Below, piece by piece: positions 26,939-41,508 of a DNA stretch of 64,000 nucleotides (within the stretch, counting starts at the first letter, position 1; the number at the start of each line of letters is the position of its first letter). The position numbers and the translations under genes were made by a program. Origin of the DNA: the human T2T-CHM13v2.0 reference genome, Homo sapiens; the NCBI RefSeq assembly GCF_009914755.1, contig NC_060930.1, one strand, 5' to 3'. The notes under the pieces are model-generated. The model saw nothing but the letters and a program-made list of their open reading frames with translations. It made no database searches and was not told where the DNA came from.

Positions 26939-29900
26939 CTGAGTCAACGTTCAAGGCTTAAGTCACTCTATTTTCTACATGAACTGTCCCTTCCCTAGAA
27001 AGTCAAGCTTGGAGGAGCAGGGAGCCTTATCTGGGTCAGAGGCATCGCTCTGGAGCCTTCTTCATTGGACGGGGAGAAACTAGGGTTGTGGGGTGACCTC
27101 CATGGAGTTCCAACATAGAGGTAGGTGTGGATGGCCACGCAGGTAGAGGCAGCTCCTGAGCAGATGCTGCTAAAATTTCACAATCTGAGGCGTTATCATG
27201 CAGAGTCTACAGTGAACACCGTCAACAATGCGTGCAGGAAAAAATTTTAAAATGTCTGATATGCTAGCACATAACACACAAGCACCAATGAAATCCATCT
27301 TTTTATAACCACTTCAACTTTAAGACCTAAGCCTTTATTACGATTAAAAATGTGTTGATAAAGAGCCCCTGCTGTTAAGTCTGATGTCAAATTTCATAAA
27401 TCATGAAGTTTTTAAGATAACTTCTACTGAAGTATAATATACAAATTAAAAAGTACACATATCACAAGCACATGGCTTGATGTATTTTCAGAAACTAGTC
27501 ATGAAGTTTTATGGCCAACTTCTACTAATCTTTCAAATAATGTGACAAGAAGAGACAGTTTGGCATAGTGAAAAGGAAAAACCAGTAGCCAGAGAAGCTG
27601 CTGGGTCATTTTACTTCATTCTGGCTCTCCGACACTGGATAAATCAGTGACTTATTTCAGTCTTCATTTCCACATCTAATCAGAGTAGACAATTTCTAAG
27701 TGTACCTTCTAGTCTAAAATGTTATACTTTGAAAATGTATGTTCCCTTAACTGCAAAAAAGCACTCTCGATGATATCACTCACAGTGTTTCAGACGACTC
27801 AGTTATGCCAACATGTCGCGCTAACTCACTACCACGCAAGGGAGAAAGTAGTTATGCTGCAACTTTTTCCTTCCCAGGCCACTTCCTAATACATTTACTA
27901 GCAAGAAAGGCATGTCTTCAGCAACCATCCACGTCAGAGAACGGCGAAGCGCTGGTAGCAGAGCGTAAGCAGCCCTTGGGTGCCTGCACCTGCTTTCCAG
28001 TGAGCCTTTTAGATGTGGCTCCCTGGTTCCGTGGCTCCTGGCTCTCAGCTCCTGGGGGCAAGCATGCCTGGAGTCGCCACATGGTGCCCAATATTCCGGG
28101 CTACAGAGATGGCCTGTGCTAATTACGATACGTTTCTCTCCACGACCGTGGAACATAATTCTGATGTTGACTATGGCAAGCTCTTAAAGTCAGCCTTTTC
28201 TGAATTTTAACAACGTGTTACTACTTGGGCTTGGTAACGAGATGTTCTTGCTCACATTGATCAAAACTACATTAGGTCTGTTAAGTCAGCTTTTCATCCC
28301 ATTGTAACAAAAAAAACATAGAAAAGAAAAAATATATAATGAAAAAGATTCTATTAGGAGGTCAGGCCACCTATTTTAAGGAATTGCAGTAACTCCTTCA
28401 GATCAGTTGAAGACCCCATATTATGGTTTCCACAAAATAAAAGGGATCCAAATACAAAGAGTTAACACATTTTCCAAAAATTCTTATATGCTAGGAGAAT
28501 TTTGTTGCTCTTTCCCACAAGGCTTTTTTTTTGAAGCTCAGAGAACTCTACTGTGGCCTTTGATATGTCATGGCAATGACTCACCAAACTGTCCCTAACT
28601 AGTCTGAAAAGACACAGGCCAGCCTTTGCTCATTCAGTGTATACTGAGCTCATCCTATGTGCTTGTTACTAAGTTAGACGCTGAAGAAACAAAATGAAAC
28701 ATGCATTCTTGCCCTTAACAAACCAGTCATCCATCTGAATAGGGAAACACATAAACAATAAGTAATCAGTTACTGCTATGGAGACCACACACACAGAGGG
28801 GAGACAGGGAAAAGGGCTACTGTGGGTGCTCAGATGACTTCTGCGCAATGGTAAAGGATACAGCTTTATTTAAACACGAAAATACTTCAAAATTAAAATA
28901 CAAAAGAACAACCTAATGGATGCGAAAATCTGGGGTGAAATATCACATACGCTGTGCCATTTACCAAATGCCAACTGGCTCAAAGTTCTAGAAGTGTGTA
29001 ATTAATTCTGCACATTGAGAATTAAGTATGCAAGAGTATTTAAAATCGGCAATGGGGCAAGCTTATTTATCTAAATTTCCTTGCTCTTAAAATCTAGTCC
29101 TCATTCTGGAGACACATTGTCCTAGGCCATTCATTCTCACTTGATGTTATTAAAACTAAAATATAGAATAAAAGGCAATGGTAAATACAAAAGTTATTTA
29201 TGGACTAAGTAATAAAGCATGACACAGAAACCCTTCTAAAAACATAAATTATCTGAACTAATGGAAATGTAAATTTGTAGTAAATTATTTTTTCTAGATT
29301 ACTGACTAAAATAAGTAAAGGGTCCTAGAGGAAAGGCCTTAAAAAACAAAGTATCATGCTGCTAGATCCTTAATAACCCAAAATGATCTACCAGTCCTCA
29401 GTAATCTCAATAGAAATGTGTAGCACATCTGGAAAATAGGTGAAATTCCTGTTTCTGGGATATCGCACAGCTATGTTAAAATTCATTTAAATTGATACTT
29501 CAACCACAAGATAAGGTGAATATAGGATAAAAAAATAGTAAGACGCTATATATGACGACTCACAATGTCACTATTAAAAGGCCAGTGGACTTCTAAAAAT
29601 TCCTTACAAGTAAATATGATTGTACATTTAAATATCTGGGTCAAATAACAGGTAAAAACACTCTGATCACTCAAATTAAACCATAATATTTTTCTTAAAT
29701 CTGTTCAGCACATAAACTATTGTTTATTAACAAAATTTTCAGGTCTAGAATTTAAACATCAATATAACATTGTGAGGAAGTAACATCTTCTGGGGAAAGT
29801 TGAATTTTCCATGGATAAAAGCTTAATGTTAATATAAAGATAGGCTGTATAATAGCAAGCCCTCCTAGTCACAAAAAGCCTATTTATATCTATCAAAAGA

Positions 29901-32143
29901 TTCCAATTATTTGCATCAAATGTGTCTATTATAAATTGCACAGCAATCAGGAGATTCACTTTGTTTTATTTACAAAGTTTCTACATAGCTGATTTACAGA
30001 TATTCAGGGAAGGAAAGTATACACATTACCACAAAAAAAGATTGTGGATTTATTAGTCTTTGATGATGTCTTCTTTTCCCAACTTCAGAATCAAATTTCT
30101 ACAAATAGTGGTAAAATTTAACTTTAAAGTCATATAATATGATCACGATATAGGGTTTTGAATTATACACTTTCTTGTTTCCTACTTCAAATGCAGTACT
30201 TTGCACATACGGAGAATTAATGTTGCACATTGCTTTTCATATGAATTTCTTCAATCGGAATTTAATTAGGCACCCTTTTGTTGAGTACATGGAATTGTGT
30301 GGAACTAAAGGAAGACCTGGATAAGTCCTAATCCAAAAGCTATTCTCGTCTAATTCAACTTTCTGTGAATAAAAATATCTCAAAAGCATTTCATCTACAC
30401 AGCTTCTCTGCTCTAAACAATTTACAGGTTCAGCAGGAACCAGGCATAAATCTCACTGCATTTTTTTAAAACAATGAAACCTCTTTACTTGGTTCATTTT
30501 CTTTTGTCTCCTCAATTAAAGCACACCTTCTGATATATTACATGTTCCTTCCCTTTAAATACTGTACACACACAGTCTGACATAGATTTTTCTTCTTGCC
30601 TTGCTGGAAAGCTTGTCCTGTTTTCTCCAAACTAGATAAAGTTCACTCAGATGTGCTTACGGGCGCCTCCCTCCCCTCAGTGCCCTCCCAACCCTGGATG
30701 CCTTTCTGTCCTCCTCCATATTCTTGGGTGGGCAGGAACCTGGGGAGATGCAGCCACCAGGCAGCTTGCTACTCTCCTGAAGCACATCTGGGCTTTATAT
30801 TAGGCCTTTAATTAATCCTCAGTGAAAGCCAAGCTATGACATTTTGACTGGGCAGGCTCCAGTTCTGGACAGGTCTTGATTTATTGCGACTGAGTCCCAA
30901 CCAACTTTGATTTATTTCAGCTTAGGGGAGGAAGGCAAGCTTGGAACAGAAAAGCGCTGTTGAATGTTGAGCACGTGATGTCAGGACAGGCCCTCCAGAC
31001 TTCCAGGGGCACGGGACAAGCGGTTCAGAAGAGAATGGCTTCTGAGAAAGCCATTTTAAAACCCTAAGATTTAAATAACACGAAATTGTACCAGACAAAA
31101 TAAATGTAATCACAGAGGAGAGAAAATGGCTCCTGAAACAGTTGGCTGATTGTGGCAGGGTAGGAAGCCCCAGCCTTATCTCTGGGAAAAGGAGGAAACC
31201 CTGGGGGCCTTACTGTTAATCAGGACTCTCATTTGCATTCGGGGGCTGCTCTGTGTGGCCGTCTGTCCTTCCTGAGAGCAAAGGCCAGGAGGACTGCCCC
31301 CTCCTCGGCAACACCAACAACTGATAGTCCATTAAATGAGAGCAGATTTCCTTTTTGCAGGCAGACAGAATAAGTCAAAAGAAGGCAAAGTTACTCCATT
31401 AAGCAAAGACAAAAGGGTCAGTCCATTTAACGAACGAATTTGTTTCCTTTCCGGCCAGGCTTTCCTGACAGAGCCGATAGTAGAGTGCTGTGCTCACTGC
31501 TGTGTCCTTGAGCGTGGGTTGTCAGAACAGTGACTCCCCGGCTCCCACACCAGCAATGCGCAGTACCTTCCTGTTGGCCAAGTTAGGGCTCAGGGTGGTG
31601 CCCACTTAATACCTCACTGCAGGCTTCACTGGGCCTAGCATGATGCCTCGCACATAGCCAGGAGCCCCCAGCACAGCAGCTTTGACTGCTGACAAAGCCC
31701 TGTTCCCTCCTTGGGGGTGGCAGAAGGAGTGCATGAGATGGACCTGTCCCCAGTGTCACATGGTTGACAAAGGGCAACGTCAACAATTCTCAGAGGCAAC
31801 GTTAAGTTCCTTAAAAGGGAGATAATGGTAGGAAAAATGTGTTGCAAAACAAAGAAGAGGGGAAGCAGAAGAAAGGGGATAAGGGCAGAAAAGATGGATA
31901 GAGGTAGCATGGCCCAAGCAAGTAAGAACAGCACAAGCTCTGGCATCCATGACATGAGATCCAAACTCCATCCCAGCGACTTACCTGCATGTGCTCTGTG
32001 CAAGCTACTTAACCAAGCGATGCCTCCTTTGGGCAGCGAGCACTTATTCTCAGGGCAGCTGTGAGGTCCAGGGGAAAGCCTTGCAAAGCTCTTCCACACT
32101 GGGCCTCACCCCTGGTGCCGAGGGCACTGGCCGGTGTCATTAG

Positions 32144-32935
32144 AGGTGGGGCCTCAAAGGTGCCTGTGCATCTGCATGTGGGGCCAGCACATAGCTGTGG
32201 GTGCTGGCGTGTAGGTGGGACCTCAAAGGTGCCTGTGCATCTGCATGTGGGGCCAGCACATAGCTGTGGGTGCTGGCGTGTAGGTGGGACCTCAAAGGTG
32301 CCTGTGCATCTGCATGTGGGGCCAGCACATAGCTATGGGTGCTGGCGTGTAGGTGGGGCCTAAAAGGTGCCTGTGCATCTGCATGTGGGGCCAGCACATA
32401 GCTGTGGGTGCTGGCGTGTAGGTTGGACCTCAAAGGTGCCTGTGCATCTGCATGTGGGGCCAGCACATAGCTGTGGGTGTTGGCGTGTAGGTGGGACCTC
32501 AAAGGTACCTGTGCATCTGCATGTGGGGCCAGCACATAGCTGTGGGTGCTGGCGTGTAGGTGGGGCCTCAAAGGTACCTGTGCATCTGCATGTGGGGCCA
32601 GCACATAGCTATGGGTGCTGGCGTGTAGGTGGGACCTCAAAGGTACCTGTGCATCTGCATGTGGGGCCAGCACATAGCTGTGGGTGCTGGCTTGTAGGTG
32701 GGACCTCAAAGGTACCTGTGCATCTGCATGTGGGGCCAGCACATAGCTATGGGTGCTGGCGTGTAGGTGGGGCCTAAAAGGTGCCTGTGCATCTGCATGT
32801 GGGGCCAGCACATAGCTGTGGGTGCTGGCGTGTAGGTTGGACCTCAAAGGTGCCTGTGCATCTGCATGTGGGGCCAGCACATAGCTGTGGGTGTTGGCGT
32901 GTAGGTGGGACCTCAAAGGTACCTGTGCATCTGCA
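32144..32935. repeat. Minisatellite, 69-bp unit x about 11.5
   Basis: AGGTGGG(G/A)CCTCAAAGGT(G/A)CCTGTGCATCTGCATGTGGGGCCAGCACATAGCT(G/A)TGGGTGCTGGCGTGT, near-identical copies. Confidence 0.98.
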
Positions 32936-34850
32936 GGTGTCCCTGAGAAGGAGCGCCCAGGTGGCTGTTGAGTCCAAGCCATCTGACATGCTCAAATGGA
33001 AATGGAAAGTACCCACCGAGACTTTCTTCACAGATCCACACAGAACAGCTGTTCCAAAAAACGATACAATGATCTTTACATGAAACTACCAAATAAGTGA
33101 TGCTTGTGACAAGTATTACTGTAACTGTTAGCTTTGTTGATTAGTCTTAAAGGTTGAGCAGCACATTAGGGACCTCAGAGAAGTGCTATCACATTTCAAA
33201 GCTGGCTGCATGGCATATGTATATATGTATATAAGCCATCCTACATATGCATATAAGCCATTCTGTGGGTGGTCAGTTCCCCATTCCTGCAAATAGTCAA
33301 GTGCCAGCATTGAGGGCTGGGGTGCCAGGACTCAGTAAGCCAGTTCCAAATGTGCAGTGAGCCTTTGCACCATGAAACTAACACAATCCTAGGGATTCTC
33401 AGGTACTATTTAGCCCACACCAAAACACTAATTGCTGTTAAGTAAAATAACCTGGGTCAAATTAGATATTTGCACAATAAAATGCAATTATTCTGTCATT
33501 GCAGTCAGCAGATTTTAATTTTTATTGCCTTTTTTAAACCTAGGTTATCTGAATACATGCACTCACTGATTTTAGAAATCAAACTCTTTTCACATCTCTA
33601 TGATACTCTAGTTTTTCAAAGAAATTCTCAAGAGGTTAGTGGGGTATGAAGCCCAAAATGCTGGCCATTCACAAGACCTGTGAAGCCTACGGGTCCTGGG
33701 TTTGCAAGCCAGAGGGTTTCCTGCAGTTCCAAAAGCTTTTGTGCTAGAGGGCAGGGAGGGAGGACAAGGAAAGGAGTAGGAGCTCTCCCATCTGGGAGCT
33801 ATCTTCGGATCACACAGACAGAAGCGGCTGTTCCCAACGGTCCCAGGCTACTCAAAGCACAGGCTGCAAGGTCCTTTTCACCAGCCATTCATTCCCTAAT
33901 AACACTTTACATAGCAGGAAATGGGCAGAGAACCCACCGCAGGGGCTCCCTGCACACAGCCCCAGCCTCCGAGAGGAGGCAAGGGTGGATGGCACATGTT
34001 CCTCTCCCAGACCATGGAGGGTGAGAACTCAGATGCACTGCAAAACTGTCAGTCTGTATGCTTCCAGGATTCCTTATTTTTCTGTCATTGTCTCACAGGC
34101 ATATATATTTGTGTCTGCAAGCACACACTCTAACATTATTTGCTGTTTCGCATGTGTAATCTCTCTACCCATTTGACAACTGGCTTATGGGGAAGATGGC
34201 TTGGCATGCACGTGTCAGTGTATGTGTATCAACTTGAACTCAACACGCATAGACTCTGATACTCTAAAGCTCCACATGACAGATGAGGGGAAGATGAGAA
34301 ACTGGTGGATGGGTTTCAGCAAATCAAGCACCCCACGGTCCCATGTACTGATTTTCAAAGCTGAATTTTAACATAATTTAAGCCAACAAAACAAACTTGG
34401 CACAAAGCAAGATACTGAGACCTCTGAATAAAAGCAACTTTCTAAAAATATTTAAAAAGAAGTTTTGTTTAAGAAATCCCAAACCAATACCTACCTTGGG
34501 CCAATACAGTATTGAAACAAGGGAAGTGACAGGACAGGAACCCTTCTAGAAATGTTCCACCTTTGAAGGTATCATCTCACTAACATAGGTGAACTCTCTG
34601 TTTTATGACATGGTGTATTTCTTTTCCCAGGCAAATAATTTCCTAAAGCAACCATCAGTGACACATTTAATGTTACGAAGTCAGTCGGACACAGAGCAAG
34701 CATGAAAGCCTGCTTCCATGGGAGGCAGGTGAGCCTCCTGAGCTGGTACACATTTTACAAAAGCACAGAATTTTAAGGGAATATAGGGTTATAAACATAA
34801 GTTGCATGTCCATATAAAAGAGACAATAACTGGCCAATAAATGAACTATA

Positions 34851-35383
34851 CAGTTCTCCCCTCTTATCTGTGGGAGATGTTCCAAAGTCCCCGGTGGATA
34901 CCTGAAATTGCAAATACCAAACCGTACACACACGATGTTTTTTCCCATGCATACATATCCACGATAAATCGTTTAAAAATTAGACACAGTAAGAACTTAA
35001 CAACAAGAACTAATAATAGAACAATGATAACAATATGCCAGCATCAAAACGCTTGCACCATGGGGCCATTATTAGGTAAAGTAAGGATTCAGTGAACACA
35101 AACACTACAATACTTCAACAGTCAATCTGATAACCAAGGAGGCTACTAAGAGACTAATGGGTGGGGAACATCGACAGTGGGGATCCACCGGACAAAGGAA
35201 TGGTTCACGTCCGGGCAGAACGAAGTGGGATGGTGTGAGATTTCATCATGCTACTCAGAAAGGTGCACGATTTAAAACTTATGAATTATTTCTGTAATTT
35301 CCCATTTAATATTTTCAGATCACGGTTGACTGCGGACAGGTGAAACCGTGGAGAGTGAAACTGCGGATAGGAGGGGGCTACTG
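34851..35383. mobile_element. MER44-family (TcMar-Tigger) non-autonomous element, complete
   Basis: TIRs CAGTTCTCCCCTCTTATCTGTGG and CTGCGGATAGGAGGGGGCTACTG, flanked by TA on both sides. Confidence 0.85.
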
Positions 35384-36974
35384 TACCATTCTTTGTAGGT
35401 TCCTTTTCTTATATTTTTCACTTAAAAGCTTAAACTAATGTTTCTCTGTCCCAAGTAGTTTACAAATGTAGACCAATTTTGTTCTGAAAGTCTCTTGGCA
35501 AAAGATATTTTCTTGAATCAAAATTTTCTTTAAATTTGGGCTATGCTACAAACCTCAATAAAAGTGGCATAATTTTAATTTCATCATTCCAGTTAATAAA
35601 GAGGCATAGAAAGTGCATCACTCTACTCAGCCATCCTCCCTTCCTCTTGACTTCTTATCATTCCTCTGATCCTCAGACACACACATGGCACCATAAGGCA
35701 GGAACTGCTGCTCGAAGGCTTGATGATTCCAAGAGAGGTGAGAGGTAAGCTCTTCCCTACGGCTGTTTGCTCAGACAGCTGGACATGTATTGGAATAATC
35801 TGCTGTAGTCAGTTTCTTCATATGTTTATGTAGCTAAAGATTAGAGCAGAAATTAAAAAATCAAGAGTTCTGCGTTAAGATCCCAGGTCTGCACCTGACT
35901 CACGGCTGACCCTAAAGGCAAGCCATTTTAGCTGGAGGGGGGTTACACCATCCACATCTCTGTAATTAGCATGCCTATAACCAACCAGTTCAGACAAAAA
36001 GACTTTGAGATTCCCAGGGGAAAAAAGGCTACGTAGATGAAAGAATGACAGGGTATCCACCAGAAAACGCAGGATATTAGTCACACCGGTCAAGTTATAA
36101 ACGTTTAATTTATTTGTATTGCTGCCACTAGGAATAAAAAGAGCATATCATACATCTTGATGAAATGCCTTTCAAACAAAGACTTTACGGTTTTTGGAAC
36201 AAGTAAAGTTTGGTGAATTAAGTGAGATAAACCCCAGAGAAAGGTGCAGCTAAACTGCTCTCCATGATGAAATTAATTCTTAGTCTGAAGCCGAGGCACT
36301 TGAGTAAAGTTTTTTCAAAATTCCCACTTGACAATTTAGGTTCTGCCTACTTGTGAATTACCTGCTTAAAAGAACAGGTACAAAGACTCTGCCTAGTACA
36401 AATCAAAGACCCAAAAGTATAGACTATGTTCTTTGGTTAATCCTATGTCAACAACCAGATGCTTTCTTAGGTCCTTTACTTTAGAAATCCTGGGATTCTC
36501 CGGGTTGCAACAGGATCTTGCTGTGAGTGTAAGCTGCCCTCCTTTTGAGTGGGGCCCAGTAGTCACTGAGGGTGATTCTTGTGTGGTTGCTTTTCTCCAA
36601 GGACAATCTGTATTCTAGAAGGTAAAATGTGTCCATCCGTGTGTGATGCTGGCTACAGCCACTCCAAAACCTCCCTGAAGACTCTCCCTCTGGGGAGAAG
36701 ACTGAGAAGAGTCTTCTGCTTACTCCTTCCACATGCAGGGACGGCATGGCTATGGCCCCATGGGTGAGTCAGTAGGCACAAGGCGAGGGTCACATGATCA
36801 CCACAATGAAAGTGATACAGTGCTTATCCATCAAGATGGCATCACAGAAGCATCCAGATTTTCTTTTCTCACCGCTGCCCCTCTTCAGGATTCCATAACC
36901 GTAGTTAAGAACAGTGGTTTTTAAATATGGGATTCCGTGTATAAGAAAGCAAACTCCCGATCAAGATCCAGAGG

Positions 36975-37250
36975 CCTGAACTGTGGCTCATCTGAGATGA
37001 GGTGTGCTGTGAAGTATAAAATGTACACTGGATTTTGAAGACGTCGTACAGAAAAAGGAATGTAAAATGTCTCAATAATTTTTTAATATTTTTTACATGC
37101 TTAATATTTGGGATTTATTGACTTAAAAATATTCTTAAAATTAATGTTACATTTTTACTTTTTATAGTGTAATAATCACTGAAAATTTAAAATTATATAA
37201 CATATGGCATGCATGTATAGCTTGAATTTTATTTCTATCAGGTAGCACTT
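36975..37250. mobile_element. MER33-like (hAT-Charlie)
   Basis: GTGTGCTGTGAAGTATAAAATGTACACTGGATTTTGAAGAC motif and an AT-rich body. Confidence 0.7.
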
Positions 37251-39059
37251 TCTATAGTATTTTTTGTCCTGGTATGTTAAAAAAAAAAAAAAGATGTTAG
37301 CTTAGCTTAAGCTCAGAATAATAAATGAAACTGAAAAAAAAAAGAAGATGATACTGGGCTTTATAAATAATTTGTTTCACTGAGGGATTGTACAATGTTA
37401 AAACACAAAATCATAATCTGTGTCACAGAACACTACGTTCTGTTAGCAGATATATTTAAAAACAACATAAAGTTTATACTAGATGGTAAATACTGCTGTA
37501 TGGAAAAAGTGTTCAAAAGATGATTCCATATTCTCAGTTTCTAAATCTTAACCTGTGTTGAACTCCAGCCCCCTCCCTTTGAATAGAAGGAAAGTAAGAT
37601 TTGGAACGGTGAAGTGATTGTAGGAGGCCAGGCAGCAGCAGGAAGAGGCTGAGGACCCAACATACAGCACAGCAGACGCTTTGCACATACACGAGGGTCT
37701 TTTGATTCTGGCGTGCAGTCACCAACCTCACCATGAAAAGCCTCAGTCTGAGGAAAGTGTAGGGATAAGACTGAATATTCCATCTAGAGATAAATTCCAC
37801 AAGTATATATAGATTGTTAATAAAAACAAGTGGTGAGGCCAATGCCCTCCAGGAAATGTGTCACAGGAGTTTTTCTCTGAATGAGTTAAGCATTGACTTT
37901 TTAAACATTGCTATTAAAAAACTGGCATTGTGTTTTTAAGAAAAATCTCTGGAAGCTCTGGAGACAGGGCAATTAATGAATTAAATGTACCACTAAAAAG
38001 TTCACTTCATTTCCCAAGGTGGTCTGATGGAAAATCTGTTCCCACAGCCTGGACCCTACAGTCAGGGAAAGATGGAGGGGCTAGTTCTGAAGCATTTCGA
38101 AAGCAAAGAAAACAGCAACGTGTACCATATATTTGATGTGGGTAATAGACAGGGCCCTCCAAGAGGAACGTTTCTAAAAGTAATAAGCTTTCCCTACATA
38201 CTGATCCGCGTAACCAGAGCTGGGGAAACTGTCTCCAGGGACATGCTAATGTCTCCCAAAGAAGGGCAGTCAGAAAGTTCAGCTGTTCTATCTTTGGACC
38301 ATTAATACTGGATGTTGAGTCAGGCTACATCCCAAAACACCTACAACTGAAAAGTAATTCTTCTCAAATGAAAACTGGCATATTAAGTGTACCCTCTGGG
38401 TTTGGGGAATGTTTCCCATCCCAAAATAAATTTTTAAGCACAAAGAGACAGTTAGAAATGGTCACTCTGCTGATAACCATGCTTTATTCAGTAATCTGTC
38501 AAACAGGAAAAAAATGGCAGAAAAAACAGACGTTTATATTTTAATTTCCTTGTGCCTGTTCTTTCCCCTATTAAAAAAAAAAAAAGCCGTGGAATTTGTC
38601 AAAAGAATGAACAGCAATCATGAGAGTATGATATGCCTTCCACGCTGCATGGGCTAGTTTTCAAGGGAAAAGAATTACAGCAGAGAGAGGATGTTGCCAC
38701 ACACATATAATAACGGCATGAACCATTCTGACTTGCAACATAAATTGAACCATTGAAGGATTTAAATGTTCCTCATTAACTTTTATTAGCCTCAATTTTT
38801 AACTTTTTTCCTTCCTCTTAAAATTAAAAATGAGCATTCCCTTCAACTTTGCACACCTTCAAGCAACATTCTGACTAAGCAAGGTCTTTGAGGGACCACG
38901 AACTACTCTGTAGGGAAAAAACACCTCCAAAAACCAAATCCTCTAGTACAGAGTTTTTTTCAATGTCTCTAAACTCTTCATAAAAAATAATAGGTCTGAG
39001 GCTACATTTGAAGACTTTTTCAAACTAAGGAGAAGAATAAAGATTTCATAATCTTATCA

Positions 39060-39397
<338 letters not shown>

Positions 39398-40118
39398 AAA
39401 AAGTGATCTAATCAAAGGACTGTGGGGAGCACTCCAACTTTTTAGAGTTCTTTCTATGTGATAGGTAACAGGTTAAACACTTTGCATTACCTTACACAGT
39501 AAAATTTGAAAGCTTTAAATACAAACAGTTATAAAACAAAGTCTTATCCAAATGTGAAATGTAGTGCCTACTGGGTGAATGTGATACCCCACCTTCCCTT
39601 AAAAAAAGAAAAAGAAAATACTGTGGGGTCTTCCTCTCTCCATAGCTTGTGGATCTCAACTACCCGTGGGATGTGCACAGACCAAAAACAGAAAAAGAGA
39701 AAAAATGAAATATATATATACAAACAAAACCTTTTGGTGACTGTTTCTAAAAACAAAGATTTAGAAAGCAGTATTTCACAAAGTGAAAAATAAGTGCACA
39801 CTTGGTCAGAAAATTTTCAAAATCTGTAGAATATTACAACATAAAAATACAGAATTTCAACCTCATGCACACACCCCTCTGAAAATGTGCCCAGTGACCA
39901 GCTGGGATTCTCTGTGTGTACCGCAAGCCCAAAGCAGCATTACACATTGCCCTTCTGGATGAGACTGACCTTACCTCTGCCACACAAACTATAAACTGAA
40001 TGCCACACCCTTTAGTTATGTAATTTGCTCATTGTTTATTGTTAACTTGCTCATTTATTGTTATTTGATCAAGAAAACTAGTTATTAATAACTGACCCTT
40101 TAAGAAAGTTTGCATGTG

Positions 40119-40506
<388 letters not shown>

Positions 40507-41149
40507 CTATCTAAAAGACATTTTTACAAGTGAGTTTTCTTCCTCAAAGAATAGAAGGGTGTGATTTGTTTTAAAAGACCATATTCCAGTCACAGGGAAA
40601 AAAAGGCTATGTCAAAAATGACAATAATATGCACTTTTTCACCTTGGAAACTTTAGACTTGAAAGAAGCCCATAGTATAAGTTTTCCATCACTCCAGTTG
40701 AATTCTAAGACCACCAGTGAAACAGCACCACTCAGAAAACCACAGGGGTGGCCCTGCTAGAATACACATATAGTTGCTGAGGAACAGGAAACGAAGCCAG
40801 ATGGTTCTGCTGAGGGAAGCACTTTTTTTTCTTTATAAAACCAAAAAAGTACTAATAGGTCAAACATAAAAATGCAGATATGGTAAAGCGGAAAGCTAAC
40901 AGGAAGATTTATGTAAATAAGGCAAGCTTAAGTTTGCATTATGTTCCCATCTACATCAGTGAGTGGATGTACGGGGGGAAAGGAAAAAATAATACAGTAT
41001 ATCCATCCTATAGATCTTTCTGCTGATGGGAGAAATGCTACTAGCAATCCCATTTAGGCACTGCTGCTAAACTGTGGGAGCCAAAAGCCAGCATATGATT
41101 TGTGTTACATAGAACGTGTGTCAATTATCATGAAAGCGTTTTTTGTTTG

Positions 41150-41180
<31 letters not shown>

Positions 41181-41193
41181 AAGAGAACTTTTG

Positions 41194-41508
41194 GGCTAGG
41201 CGCGGTGGCTCACGCCTGTAATCCCAGCACTTTGGGAGGCTGAGGCCGGGGTATCATGAGGTCAGGAGATTAAGACCATCCTGGCTAACACGGTGAAACC
41301 CCATCTCTACTAAAAATACAAAAAGTTAGCCTGGCGTGGTGGTGGGCGCCTGCATTCCCAGCTACTTGGGAGGCGTAGAATCCTCCAGTTGAGGAGAATG
41401 GCGTGAACCCAGGAGGTGGAGCTTAAAGTGAGCCGAGATCGCACCACTGCACTCCAGCCTGGGCAACAGAGCAAGACTCTGTCTCAAAAAAAAAAAAAAG
41501 AAAAAAAA
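41194..41508 (+). mobile_element. AluY with a short internal non-Alu insertion
   Basis: CCATCCTGGCTAACACGG and GGCGTGAACCC; A tail. Confidence 0.92.

Noticed and set aside
26562-26954. 130-aa ORF with 33-aa repeats
   Set aside because: Non-ATG start; explained by the 99-bp repeat.
31231-31440. Octamer ATTTGCAT plus CCATTA motifs
   Set aside because: Too few motifs to distinguish from background.
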